Part shown: in pieces, positions 44,712 through 54,597 of the stretch | Position numbering within the stretch: the stretch's first letter is position 1 | Layout of the letters: the number at the start of each line of letters is the position of its first letter | Assembly: GCA_045635225.1 (NCBI GenBank) | Contig: JAZRBV010000073.1 | Span: forward strand, 13,864-77,863 | DNA: 64,000 bases | Reading direction: 5' to 3' | Origin: Eubacteriales bacterium | GTDB taxonomy: Bacteria; Bacillota; Clostridia; Oscillospirales; CAG-272 | Notes under the pieces: model-generated | The model's input: only the letters and a program-made list of their open reading frames with translations | Told to the model about the DNA's origin: nothing | Databases searched by the model: none | Program-made: the position numbers and the translations under genes

Positions 44712-45311
44712 ATGAAAAAAGCATCGCTTAATCTTCCGAACACCCTATCCCTGATACGCGTTCTTCTCGTGCCGGTATTCGTGGTAACTCTTCTTTGTAT
44801 GAAGGACTTGAAGATCTGGGGAATAATCGTTCCGATAGTCGTCTACGCGCTTACCGCTCTTACCGATATGCTCGACGGTAAGATCGCGAGAAAGTACGGT
44901 CTCGTTACCGATTTCGGTAAGTTCATCGATCCTCTCGCAGACAAGTTTATGGTACTCGCATCTATGATCACCATTCTTCTTTGGATGGCACTTCGCGGTG
45001 AGATGACCCAGGCTATCGTGTTCGTCGGAGTCGTACTCGTTATACTTCTTCGCGAGCTCGCCGTCACCAGCCTCCGTCTCGTGGTCGCCGGAAAGAGCGG
45101 AATCGTTGTCGCGGCATCTATGCTCGGTAAGATCAAGACCGTCTCTCAGATGGTCGGCACCGTGCTTATCCTCGCTGAGCCTATGATTCCCTTCTTCTCT
45201 GAAAACCATATCCTCTCCTACGTCGTAATGGCTATCATGGCGTTCACGACCCTCTTCTCGGGACTCGATTATCTGAAGGCATATCTCCCACATATCGACG
45301 CAAATAAGTGA
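44712..45311 (+). CDS. pgsA: CDP-diacylglycerol--glycerol-3-phosphate 3-phosphatidyltransferase
   Basis: DMLDGKIARKYGLVTDFGKFIDPLADK is the CDP-alcohol phosphatidyltransferase motif. Confidence 0.9.
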   Translation: MKKASLNLPNTLSLIRVLLVPVFVVTLLCMKDLKIWGIIVPIVVYALTALTDMLDGKIARKYGLVTDFGKFIDPLADKFMVLASMITILLWMALRGEMTQAIVFVGVVLVILLRELAVTSLRLVVAGKSGIVVAASMLGKIKTVSQMVGTVLILAEPMIPFFSENHILSYVVMAIMAFTTLFSGLDYLKAYLPHIDANK

Positions 45312-45332
45312 CACGCCCCCACACTAAAGCGC

Positions 45333-45372
45333 AAAAATAGCGGCAGGAATTTGAATTCCTGCCGCTATTTTT
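45333..45372. terminator. Bidirectional 18-bp hairpin terminator
   Basis: aaaaatagcggcaggaat / attcctgccgctattttt. Confidence 0.8.
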
Positions 45373-45373
45373 A

Positions 45374-45943
45374 TCAAATGAAGAGCTTTCTTATCAGCTC
45401 TGCAAGCTCCTCTGCGAGCTCATTTGCGGGTCTCTCACGACCGGATTCGAGCCACATCTGTATCGCACCCGATACGCCGCCGACCGCGACGCATGCGATA
45501 ACGTCGGGAGAGTTGTGGAGCACGCCGCCCGCATTGACGTATCTTGTGAGGCTTTCGTACGTGTCGACGTAATTCTGCGCCGACAGAGCTGAGAGCACCG
45601 CGGGAAACGCCGAGCTTTCAAATATATTGTTGACAAGCTTCTCATGCTGGGCGATAAATAGGATCATCTGCTTTGCGTATTCGGCAAAATAATCAACCGA
45701 CACGCCTTCCTCCTCTACCTTGTAGAGTGCGTCGAATTTCGCTCTCAGCATTCTGCCAAAGGATGCGATATAATCATATTTGTCGCGATAGTGCTTGTAG
45801 AAGGTAGTGCGCCGGATTCCCGCACGTTCACAGAGCTCTATAACCGTGATGTCGTCAATTGATTTTTCGGACAGAAGAACGAAAAGAGCCGATGCCAGTG
45901 CACGCTTCGTCTTTCTTATCCTGTAATCTTCTTTTTCTGCCAT
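45374..45943 (-). CDS. TetR/AcrR family transcriptional regulator
   Basis: RIRKTKRALASALFVLLSEKSIDDITVIELCERAGIRRTTFYKHYRDKYD is the TetR HTH. Start at ATG 45943 (RBS gggaggag). Confidence 0.88.
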   Translation of the reverse strand: MAEKEDYRIRKTKRALASALFVLLSEKSIDDITVIELCERAGIRRTTFYKHYRDKYDYIASFGRMLRAKFDALYKVEEEGVSVDYFAEYAKQMILFIAQHEKLVNNIFESSAFPAVLSALSAQNYVDTYESLTRYVNAGGVLHNSPDVIACVAVGGVSGAIQMWLESGRERPANELAEELAELIRKLFI

Positions 45944-46122
45944 GTATAGCTCCTCCCGGTTGCGGAATATATTGTTAACAGTATACAACTTTAGATGTCG
46001 CTTGTCAAGCGAAATTCGCACCAAATAATATTTTTTTATAATTAAAAAACTGTTGCATTACGCGCGCATATGGTGTATAATAGACATGTATTTTAAATAA
46101 AAGCGACAGAAAGGAATCCATT

Positions 46123-47505
46123 ATGATCAATAAATCGCTGACCGAGCGTCTTCTCGGTATAGCTCTTGCAGCGGGCGCTGATTTTGCCGAGCTGTATTGG
46201 GAGCTTACGAGAAACGGCGGTATAACACTTCTCGGGGGTAAGATCGACGCTATCTCCGATAACACCGTTACCGGAGTCGGTATACGTGCCTTTATCGGAA
46301 CTCGCACCGTATACGGCTCCACCTCAGATGTAACAGAGGCAGGTCTTCTTGCCTGCGCTCGCTCCGTTGCGGGCGCGATAGGCGACGGTGCCGACGCACC
46401 CTCCGTGGTTCTTACGGAGCGTCGGGTGTCGGATATTCACCCGATTAAGATCGATCCCACCACCGCCGACGTTAAGGATAAGTGCGACCTTCTCAAGCTG
46501 GCGAGCGAGGCGGCGTACAAGTACGATAACAGAATAGTTCAGGCGGCAGGCAATCTCGTAACCGTCGACCATACCATAGGCATCGCAAACACCGAGGGCC
46601 TTCTCGTTACCGACAGACACGTCCGCACGCGTATGGCTATAGAAGCGGTCGCCTCCGACGGAGCAGAGAACCAGTCGGGCAGATGCTCACCCGGACGCGG
46701 AATGGGTCTCGAGGTATTTGAGCTCTTCGATCCCGCGGAGATCGGCAGAACCGCATCCGCACAGGCGATCACCAATCTCACCGCCGACTACTGTCCTGCA
46801 GGACAGATGACCGTAGCTATCGAGAACGGCTTCGGCGGCGTTATATTCCATGAGGCGTGCGGTCATTCTCTTGAGGCTACCTCGGTCGGCATCGGCATGT
46901 CGGAAATGTGCGGCAAGCTTGGTCAGCAGATCGCTAACGAGAAGATCACCGCTATCGACGATGGCACTATTCCCAACGCATGGGGCTCCGTCAACATCGA
47001 CGACGAGGGTAATCCCACACAGCGCAACGTTCTTATCGAGAACGGTGTACTCAAGAGCTATATGGTCGACCGTCTCGGCTCCCGCAGAATGGGTCTTCCC
47101 ATGACCGGTAACAGCCGTCGTGAGAGCTATCTCTACGAGCCGACCTCTCGTATGACAAACACCTTCATCGATAACGGTCCCGATAAAAACGAGGATATTA
47201 TCGCATCTATCGAATACGGTCTTTACGCAAAATCCATGGGCGGCGGTTCGGTCAACCCCCTGACAGGTGCCTTCAACTTCGCTGTTACCGAGGGATATAT
47301 CGTCCGTAACGGTAAGATCTGCGAGCCTGTACGCGGCGCTTCTCTCGTCGGTACCGGTGCCGAGATACTCAAGGATATCGATATGGTAGGTCAGAACCTC
47401 GACGTGGGTCAGGGAATGTGCGGCTCCTCCAGCGGTAGCGTACCCACCGACGTAGGACAACCCCTTATCCGTGTATCGAAAATAACTGTCGGAGGTCGTA
47501 AATAA
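46123..47505 (+). CDS. tldD: TldD family metalloprotease
   Basis: 460 aa. HEACGHSLE is the TldD HExxxH motif, with GNSRRESY downstream. Confidence 0.88.
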   Translation: MINKSLTERLLGIALAAGADFAELYWELTRNGGITLLGGKIDAISDNTVTGVGIRAFIGTRTVYGSTSDVTEAGLLACARSVAGAIGDGADAPSVVLTERRVSDIHPIKIDPTTADVKDKCDLLKLASEAAYKYDNRIVQAAGNLVTVDHTIGIANTEGLLVTDRHVRTRMAIEAVASDGAENQSGRCSPGRGMGLEVFELFDPAEIGRTASAQAITNLTADYCPAGQMTVAIENGFGGVIFHEACGHSLEATSVGIGMSEMCGKLGQQIANEKITAIDDGTIPNAWGSVNIDDEGNPTQRNVLIENGVLKSYMVDRLGSRRMGLPMTGNSRRESYLYEPTSRMTNTFIDNGPDKNEDIIASIEYGLYAKSMGGGSVNPLTGAFNFAVTEGYIVRNGKICEPVRGASLVGTGAEILKDIDMVGQNLDVGQGMCGSSSGSVPTDVGQPLIRVSKITVGGRK

Positions 47506-47506
47506 T

Positions 47507-48850
47507 ATGAATTTTGATAAGCTTAGACTTGCACTCGAGCATGCTCTCGCCGCTCGTGGAGCAGGTGAATACGAAATATACTACGTAGAGGAGGATTCCA
47601 CCTCTATCGAGACTCTCAACAAGGAGGTCAACAGCTTCTCCTCCGGTAGCTCTGCGGGCATCTGTCTGCGCGTTTCTCACGAGGGAAAAATGGGATACGC
47701 CTCTACCGAGCTTATGGATGAGGGTGAGATGGCAGGTCTCGTCGACCGTGCTATCGCAAACGCCCGTGCAACCGAAAAAGAGGATCTCGTCGGTATATAT
47801 GCAGGCGGTGAGGAATACGATCCTCTCACCGAGGTATCCTTCAGCGCAAAGGACGCCTCCGAGCTTCGCGGCGTAGCTATCGATATGGCTGAGAAAATAT
47901 ACGCGGCAGGCGATAACGTAAAGGACGGTACCGCCTCTCAGGCGATCACCGCATCCGGCACGACCCGCCTTTATAATTCACACGGGTTGGCACTTGAGGT
48001 GTCAGGAGGCGTCAACGTAGTGCTGGCGCAGGCTGTCGTTTCCGATGGCACAGCTGCCGAGAGCGACTACGAGATGCGCGAGCTCACCGACGGTCTCGAT
48101 CTCTCTGAGCTTGCAGAAAAGACGGTAAGCACCGCTAACCGTAAGCTTACAGCGACCCTCGTTCCCACCGGCAAATATAATATTATCATAGACGGCAAGC
48201 GCATGAGAATGATCCTCTCCGCATTTGCCTCCGCCTTCTCTGCAAAGAGCGCACAGATGGGTATGTCCCGTCTCGCGGGCAAGGTTGGTGAGAAGATCGC
48301 CGCCGATATCGTCACCGTCACCGACGATCCTCAGCGCGACGGTATGGCTATGCGCACAAACTTCGATGCAGAGGGAGTTCCCGCTCGCAAAAAATCCGTT
48401 ATCGAGGGGGGCGTGTTAAAAACTTTGCTTCATAACCGTGAGACTGCGGCGAAGGACGGTTGCGCCAGCACAGGCAATGCAAGCAAGGCAAGCTACGCCT
48501 CTCCCATCGGTATCCGCCCGTACGCATTCTGTATCGAGCCTGGCGAGAATACCGTCGAGGAACTCTACGCAATGGCGGGTGAGGGAATACTCATCACCGA
48601 GTTGAAGGGACTTCACGCAGGCGCAAACGCGATCACCGGTGACTTCTCGATTGAGTCCTCCGGCTTTATGATCAGAGACGGTAAGCTCTGTGAGGCTGTC
48701 AAGTCCTTTACTGTGGCAGGCAACTTCTTCGAGCTTCTCGGATCCGTAGCTGCGCTCTCCGATAAGGTGGAGGTCGGCATCGGTACCTCGCTTACCACCT
48801 TCGGTTCCCCTGCGGTCCTTATCCGCGATATGAACGTATCGGGCAAGTAA
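47507..48850 (+). CDS. pmbA: PmbA/TldE family metalloprotease partner
   Basis: 447 aa, immediately after tldD (1-nt gap). The GNASK...ITGDFS pattern is typical of PmbA. Confidence 0.85.
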   Translation: MNFDKLRLALEHALAARGAGEYEIYYVEEDSTSIETLNKEVNSFSSGSSAGICLRVSHEGKMGYASTELMDEGEMAGLVDRAIANARATEKEDLVGIYAGGEEYDPLTEVSFSAKDASELRGVAIDMAEKIYAAGDNVKDGTASQAITASGTTRLYNSHGLALEVSGGVNVVLAQAVVSDGTAAESDYEMRELTDGLDLSELAEKTVSTANRKLTATLVPTGKYNIIIDGKRMRMILSAFASAFSAKSAQMGMSRLAGKVGEKIAADIVTVTDDPQRDGMAMRTNFDAEGVPARKKSVIEGGVLKTLLHNRETAAKDGCASTGNASKASYASPIGIRPYAFCIEPGENTVEELYAMAGEGILITELKGLHAGANAITGDFSIESSGFMIRDGKLCEAVKSFTVAGNFFELLGSVAALSDKVEVGIGTSLTTFGSPAVLIRDMNVSGK

Positions 48851-48969
48851 AAGTCTAAAGTACAAATATATTGTTTAATTTTTAACAATCTACTTGACTT
48901 AATAAAGAAATTGTGCTATTATATCTTGTGGCAAATAAAAAATAATTATATATTTAAGGAGAAAACACA

Positions 48970-50286
48970 ATGGCAACTTACAACAAGAAGAATATTGAAG
49001 ACGTAGCCGTAGCAGGTAAGACCGTGCTCGTACGTTGCGACTTCAACGTTCCTATGAAGGATGGCGTCATCACCTCCGACAAGAGAATCGTAGAGGCACT
49101 TCCCACCGTTAAGTATCTTCTTAACGAGGGCGCTAAGGTTATCCTTTGCTCTCATATGGGTAAGCCCCACAACATCTTCACCGAGGGCTTTGGCCTTACC
49201 AAGAAGGAGAAGAAGGCGGTTGAAAAGCTTCCCGAGGCAGAGCAGGCAGCAGCTAAGGCTGAATATCTCTCCAAGGCAGTAACTTCCGATAAGAAGAAGC
49301 TCACTCTCAAGCCCGTATGCGACAGGATCAACGAGCTTCTCGGCGAGACCAAGGTTACCTTTGCAGAGGATATCATCGGTGCCGATGCTAAGGCAAAGGT
49401 TGCAGCTCTCAAGGCAGGCGAGGCTGTACTTCTCGAGAACACGAGATTTGATGCTCGCGAGGAAAAGAACGGAGCTGATTTTGCAAAGGAGCTTGCTTCC
49501 TATGCAGATATATTCGTAAACGATGCATTCGGTGCGGCTCACAGAGCACACGCATCCACCGCAGGTGTAGCTGATTATATTCCCGCAGTTTGCGGTTACC
49601 TTATCGAGAAGGAGATCTCGGTTATGGGTAAGGCACTTTCTAACCCCGAGCGTCCCTTCGTTGCTATCCTTGGCGGTGCTAAGGTTGCAGACAAGCTCAA
49701 CGTTATCGATAACCTTCTTACCAAGGTCGACACCCTCATCATCGGTGGCGGTATGGCATTCACCTTCGCCGCTGCAAAGGGTCTTTGTGTTGGTAAGTCG
49801 CTTCTTGACGAGACTAAGCTTGACTACTGCCGCGATATGATGAAGAAGGCAGAGGAGAACGGCGTACAGCTTCTTCTCCCCGTTGATAACGCTATCGCTG
49901 ACAGCTTCCCCAACCCTATCGACGGTCCTATCGACATCGAGTATGTTGACTCCGATAAGATCCCCGCTGATAAGGAGGGTCTTGATATCGGTCCCAAGAC
50001 TGCAAAGCTCTTTGCAGATGCAGTTCTTTCCGCAAAGACTGTTGTTTGGAACGGTCCTATGGGCGTATTCGAGAACCCCACTCTTGCTAAGGGTACCATC
50101 GCAGTAGCAAATGCTCTCGCAGAGAGCTCCGCAACCACCATCGTAGGTGGCGGTGACTCTGCAGCCGCATGTGAGCAGCTTGGCTTCGCATCCAAGATCA
50201 CTCACATTTCTACCGGCGGTGGCGCATCGCTCGAGTTCCTTGAGGGTAAGGATCTCCCCGGCATTTCCTGCCTCCTTGACAAGTAA
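48970..50286 (+). CDS. pgk: Phosphoglycerate kinase (with ~40-aa insertion)
   Basis: [33 protein letters not shown] and [13 protein letters not shown]. 438 aa, against about 395-400 for typical Pgk. Confidence 0.95.
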   Translation: MATYNKKNIEDVAVAGKTVLVRCDFNVPMKDGVITSDKRIVEALPTVKYLLNEGAKVILCSHMGKPHNIFTEGFGLTKKEKKAVEKLPEAEQAAAKAEYLSKAVTSDKKKLTLKPVCDRINELLGETKVTFAEDIIGADAKAKVAALKAGEAVLLENTRFDAREEKNGADFAKELASYADIFVNDAFGAAHRAHASTAGVADYIPAVCGYLIEKEISVMGKALSNPERPFVAILGGAKVADKLNVIDNLLTKVDTLIIGGGMAFTFAAAKGLCVGKSLLDETKLDYCRDMMKKAEENGVQLLLPVDNAIADSFPNPIDGPIDIEYVDSDKIPADKEGLDIGPKTAKLFADAVLSAKTVVWNGPMGVFENPTLAKGTIAVANALAESSATTIVGGGDSAAACEQLGFASKITHISTGGGASLEFLEGKDLPGISCLLDK

Positions 50287-50304
50287 TTTTTGGTTAAAAT
50301 CTGC

Positions 50305-50454
50305 CTTTTCTTGCATGCTCGCCGTAGGCTTCTACGGCTTCGGCAAGAAGAAGCCGAATTTTTCCTCAAAAATTCCGTTGTCAATTTGGGATAAATCACT
50401 TTTGTGATAAATCGCTTTTCTTGCAAGCTCGCCGTAGTTTTCTGCGGCTTCGGT
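50305..50454 (+). repeat. Two copies of a ~40-nt hairpin-forming element (period 110 bp)
   Basis: 50305-50344 versus 50415-50454 match at 35/40 positions (cttttcttgcaWgctcgccgtagNNttctRcggcttcggY). The first copy plus gaagccgaattttt forms a plausible pgk terminator. Confidence 0.8.
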
Positions 50455-50546
50455 CGCAGAGTGCGCGATTTTGTCAAAAGAAAAAATACAAAACCGAGAG
50501 TCCTTTTACGGTCTCTCGGTTGCCAATATAAAGGCGGATCTAAAAA

Positions 50547-51119
50547 ATGAAGGTGTATTTCATACGTCACGGAGAGAGTGAAGGAAACGCACGCGGTGTT
50601 TACACGGGACAGCTTGACGTACCGCTTACCGATCTCGGCAGGGAACAGGCACTCACCGCACGTGATAAGCTTTCCTCTGTCAGCTTTGACTGCATATATG
50701 TAAGTCCGCTCGTAAGAGCGCGTGAAACCGCAGACATAATCTTCCCGCAGAGCGAGCATGTATGCGATGAACGTATCCGAGAGATAAGTGTCGGTGATCT
50801 TGCAGGCATATCCGGCAAGACATACCGTGAAGAGCATCCCGATATGCTGGAGCGATTGAACGCTCGCGACTATACCCCATTCGGCGGTGAGTGCGATGAT
50901 GACGTCGTGCGGCGCATAACGCCGTTTTTTGCCGATCTGGCATGCGAGAGCTTTGAGACGGTCGCCGTCGTTTGTCACGGCGGAGTCATTCATGCAACGC
51001 TTGAATATGCATTGGGCGTGAAGTTTTCGGCATGGCGCACGAGCCGTCCAAATTGTATGATCGCCGTGTTTGAGCTTTCGGATGATGCATCCTTGAAGCT
51101 TATATCCTGGAATTTTTAG
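50547..51119 (+). CDS. Histidine phosphatase family protein (phosphoglycerate mutase-like)
   Basis: MKVYFIRHGESEGN is the RHG catalytic motif, with VVCHGGVI downstream. 190 aa. Confidence 0.85.
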   Translation: MKVYFIRHGESEGNARGVYTGQLDVPLTDLGREQALTARDKLSSVSFDCIYVSPLVRARETADIIFPQSEHVCDERIREISVGDLAGISGKTYREEHPDMLERLNARDYTPFGGECDDDVVRRITPFFADLACESFETVAVVCHGGVIHATLEYALGVKFSAWRTSRPNCMIAVFELSDDASLKLISWNF

Positions 51120-51150
51120 AAACCGTAACTAATCGAAAGGAAACAGAAAA

Positions 51151-51909
51151 ATGAGAAGAACAGTTATCGCAGGCAACTGGAAGATGAATATGACTCCCTC
51201 CGAGACGAAAAAGTTCATCGCCGAGCTTGCTCCTATGGTAGCGGGACTTGATAAGTGCGACGTAGTGCTTTGCGTTCCCGCAATAGATATTCCCGCCGCA
51301 GTTGAGGCGGCGTGCGGCACCAATATCAAGATCGGTGCAGAGAACGTACATTTCAAGGAATCCGGCGCATACACCGGCGAGCTTTCTGCAAAGATGCTTG
51401 TTGAGGCAGGTGTCGAGTACGTAGTTATCGGACATTCCGAGCGCAGACAGTACTTCGGTGAAACCGACAAGACCGTTAACCTCCGTACCCTTGCGGCTCT
51501 TAACGCAGGTCTCAAAGCTATCGTTTGCGTAGGCGAGACTCTCGAGGAGAGAGAGCTCGGCTACACCGAGACCCTTCTTAAGTATCAGACCAAAATGGCG
51601 CTTACAAACGTAACCGCAGAGCAGCTCAAGAACGTTATCATCGCATACGAGCCTGTATGGGCTATCGGTACCGGTGTTACCGCTACTGCTGATCAGGCAG
51701 ACGAAGGTAACGGCTTTGTCCGCGCGGCAGTAGCAGAGGCGTACGGCACTGATGCGGCAGAGGCTATCACAGTTCAGTACGGCGGCTCTATGAACGACGC
51801 TAACGCCGCAGAGCTTCTCTCCAAGGTCAACGTTGACGGTGGTCTTATCGGCGGCGCATCGCTGAAGACTGATAAGTTTACCGCTATCGTTAAGGCTGCA
51901 AACGCTTAA
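51151..51909 (+). CDS. tpiA: Triose-phosphate isomerase
   Basis: VIAGNWKMN, IGHSERR, AYEPVWAIGTG and GGASL. Confidence 0.95.
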   Translation: MRRTVIAGNWKMNMTPSETKKFIAELAPMVAGLDKCDVVLCVPAIDIPAAVEAACGTNIKIGAENVHFKESGAYTGELSAKMLVEAGVEYVVIGHSERRQYFGETDKTVNLRTLAALNAGLKAIVCVGETLEERELGYTETLLKYQTKMALTNVTAEQLKNVIIAYEPVWAIGTGVTATADQADEGNGFVRAAVAEAYGTDAAEAITVQYGGSMNDANAAELLSKVNVDGGLIGGASLKTDKFTAIVKAANA

Positions 51910-51926
51910 ATTTTTCCGAAAATATC

Positions 51927-51972
51927 AAAAACGGCTATCCGTGCTTAATTTGACACGGGTAGCCGTTTTCTT
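51927..51972 (+). terminator. tpiA terminator
   Basis: acggctatccgtg / cacgggtagccgt stem with one mismatch, followed by TTTTCTT. Confidence 0.7.
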
Positions 51973-51981
51973 CAAAATATG

Positions 51982-52046
51982 TTAATCCATCTTTACATTT
52001 TTGCGTTTCATAACGCGTTCTGTTATATCGTTGTATGACTTTGCGC
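51982..52046 (-). pseudogene. 3'-terminal remnant of a paralog of the 490-aa gene at 55524-56996
   Basis: About 61 of 68 nt are identical to 55518-55585. The minus-strand translation ...SYNDITERVMKRKNVKMD-stop compares with ...SFDDIAERVMKRKNVKID-stop in the intact gene. Similarity ends abruptly upstream. Confidence 0.75.
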
Positions 52047-52105
52047 CTTTGCTTTTTGAACAAATCTGTTTACCCCACATATTTTTGTTGAAAACATTGT
52101 TATTT

Positions 52106-53320
52106 TCATTCTTTTAGTTTGCGCTCGCAGAATTCTTTGAAGTCGGGTGTTTTCCATGACTTGTTGTAATCTCCGAAGCCTTGATCGGCAGGCGTTCTGT
52201 AATCAGGGAGATTGTTTCGCTCTGTCAATACCTCTCTGATGGCCTGAAGGTATTTAAAGCCGAATTTGTGGCTGGGCGCAACGAAATGTCCCTCGTCCCA
52301 TTCGTTCCAGTTGTCGATCATTATAATTTTTTTGCCGTAGGAATCGTCGGGAAGCGAGTCTGCGATCTCTTTCATTCGCTCGAGAAGAGTTCTGTATTTT
52401 TCGGGAGAAAGATACCATATATTGCACCATTCTCTGAATTTACAGCCGAGGTTGTTCCATCTTTCGGTAAATCTCGGCGTAGGGTCGGAGAAGCAGGAAG
52501 GCGTAGGGACGAATCTCTTGTTGTCGATTGCAAGCTGCCTTTTGAGGATATTGCACTGTTCGTTTACGATATCATCCTCATCGGAGTAGAAATCGCAGGG
52601 GGCGTTATAACCGGAATTGTAGCCGAATGTGAAATCATAGCCCTCTTCCAAAAATTCCTTATACCTTGCGCTGTTGGCCTTGCCGGTGGTGCAGGCGGCA
52701 AAGATCATTCCGTCAAAACCGCATTTCTTTGCGTACTCACGGCAGGCATCAAAGGTTTTATTCTGACTTTCGATGCTCTTGAAGCATTCCCGCGAAAGCC
52801 TATCCGGTGAGAAAACGAACAGAACGGGCTTGTTATCTATCAAAAGATAGTTTTCCTTCTTGAAATAAGTTTCCATCCAGAAGGGCATAAGGTTTTCGAC
52901 CATATCTTCCTCGTCCGTACCGCCCCAACGGTGAGACGCCTCGAACATTATTGCAAAATTAAGGAGCTTTTCATATCTAGCGTTGAAAAGTGCCTCGTGC
53001 AGACCGTGTCCGCAACGAAGATCGGCAACCGATACAGGCTTGCCCTCGTTGTCCTTCTTTCTGTACCAGCAGTAAATAAAACAGTTGATACCGTGCTCGG
53101 TAGCCCATTTTATCTCCCAGTCGCAAACCTCGGGGTTTTCCTCGTCATAATAACCCATAAGCGGAGTTCTGTCGGGGTATTCCTCTGCAAGATCGTCAAA
53201 GCCTTCGTGAACTCCTGCCGCACCCTTTTTCCACGCAGCATAATAGTGCGCGGCAACTATTCTGTCACTTTTAGCGGGATTTGGCTCGGGAATATAATCG
53301 CTGAATTTAATGTTATACAT
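52106..53320 (-). CDS. WbsX / GH99-like domain protein
   Basis: PLMGYYDEENPEVCDWEIKWATEHGINCFIYCWY matches the WbsX-family pattern as I recall it. 404 aa, no signal peptide. Confidence 0.6.
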   Translation of the reverse strand: MYNIKFSDYIPEPNPAKSDRIVAAHYYAAWKKGAAGVHEGFDDLAEEYPDRTPLMGYYDEENPEVCDWEIKWATEHGINCFIYCWYRKKDNEGKPVSVADLRCGHGLHEALFNARYEKLLNFAIMFEASHRWGGTDEEDMVENLMPFWMETYFKKENYLLIDNKPVLFVFSPDRLSRECFKSIESQNKTFDACREYAKKCGFDGMIFAACTTGKANSARYKEFLEEGYDFTFGYNSGYNAPCDFYSDEDDIVNEQCNILKRQLAIDNKRFVPTPSCFSDPTPRFTERWNNLGCKFREWCNIWYLSPEKYRTLLERMKEIADSLPDDSYGKKIIMIDNWNEWDEGHFVAPSHKFGFKYLQAIREVLTERNNLPDYRTPADQGFGDYNKSWKTPDFKEFCERKLKE

Positions 53321-53323
53321 TTT

Positions 53324-54418
53324 TCATTCTCCTATTATTAGCGGCAAAATATTTTCTTCTTCAAGTATTGGCTCTTTGCCCTCGACTAAAACTCTGTATA
53401 GGTTTTGGGCAGAACGCTTCGCAATAAGAATGAATCCCTTTTCATTTATATGATCGTTACTGAGACCGAAGTAACTGTCTCGACAATCTCGGTATTCCTC
53501 CCCGGGGGTGATTTTGAACCATCCGTCCTCCTCCTGACCGGGGAAGGTAAGGTATGAGGCAGCCCTTGTCAGTATATATACGTCGGAATTGCTATCGGCA
53601 AAATTCTCTTGTGCTCTCATAACCCGATATATCAACGGAGAGCCAAAGTAATCTACCCTTATTATGAAAAAGTGAGTGAAGCCGATCTTCTTTGCTTCTT
53701 TCCAAAGAACCTCAAGTCTTAACTGATATTCGATGCTCTCATATTTTGCATCTGATTCTCCCTGCAACCAGAAAAGGCATTTGTTGGATAGCTCGTCTTC
53801 GGGATAGGTGCTTTTTGCATCCTCGAAAAAGTCCTTACATTTTTCGAGAAAATAATCTGCCGCCCCTTCCATTCTTTCGTAAATGTCCGGAGAGTAGGAT
53901 GTGCCGTATTTTTCGTTGTAGACTTTGTTCACTGCTTCATATTCCTTTACCATTTCATCGGTAAAATAGTAGCCGATCGGGACTCCGCCCTTTGCAATAT
54001 GAGCATAGGCGCAAGCACCGCCGAGCCTTTCCCATTCTTCGACGAGAAACGGAGCGAGAGTAGCTCCGAGGGGAGCCGTGGATTCGGAATAGATAGCAAA
54101 TGGGTGAACAGATCTCTCGGCTTCGGATTTCAAATTCGACATCGAAGAAGAAAAATAAGCATTTTCTCTGTAATTATTTAGCTTGCTCAGGCCGTTTTCA
54201 TCTACCATATCGGGGGCGTAGGCACTCTTTAGATCAATATAGGAAAACTCTCCTACGGGATAGACTGTCGAAACGAAGCTTCCGCTTTTCGCGCCGAGGC
54301 GCTTAGGGGTGTGCTTATACTCGAAGGAGTTACGAAGACTCACCTTCTTCTTTGGCGGATAGGCGCACGCTCCCACCATATTGGACTGTCCTGCAAAAAC
54401 GAATAGATCGCGTTTCAT
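53324..54418 (-). CDS. SGNH/DUF303-type carbohydrate esterase (sialate O-acetylesterase-like)
   Basis: LFVFAGQSNMVG is the catalytic Ser block, with WLQGESD downstream. 364 aa. Confidence 0.7.
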   Translation of the reverse strand: MKRDLFVFAGQSNMVGACAYPPKKKVSLRNSFEYKHTPKRLGAKSGSFVSTVYPVGEFSYIDLKSAYAPDMVDENGLSKLNNYRENAYFSSSMSNLKSEAERSVHPFAIYSESTAPLGATLAPFLVEEWERLGGACAYAHIAKGGVPIGYYFTDEMVKEYEAVNKVYNEKYGTSYSPDIYERMEGAADYFLEKCKDFFEDAKSTYPEDELSNKCLFWLQGESDAKYESIEYQLRLEVLWKEAKKIGFTHFFIIRVDYFGSPLIYRVMRAQENFADSNSDVYILTRAASYLTFPGQEEDGWFKITPGEEYRDCRDSYFGLSNDHINEKGFILIAKRSAQNLYRVLVEGKEPILEEENILPLIIGE

Positions 54419-54597
54419 TTTTACCTCTCTGTAACGTATTCAATACCTGAAATATCGCAATTTGTTTTCTTCTCTCGATCATTTTGTATGCCTCTTGCAA
54501 AAAATGATTTTTATAACTTGATTTTATCACGGATGAATGTTATAATACAAGTAAAAAGCAAACCTAAATTTGTCTAAAATAAACATTTGGAGCATAT

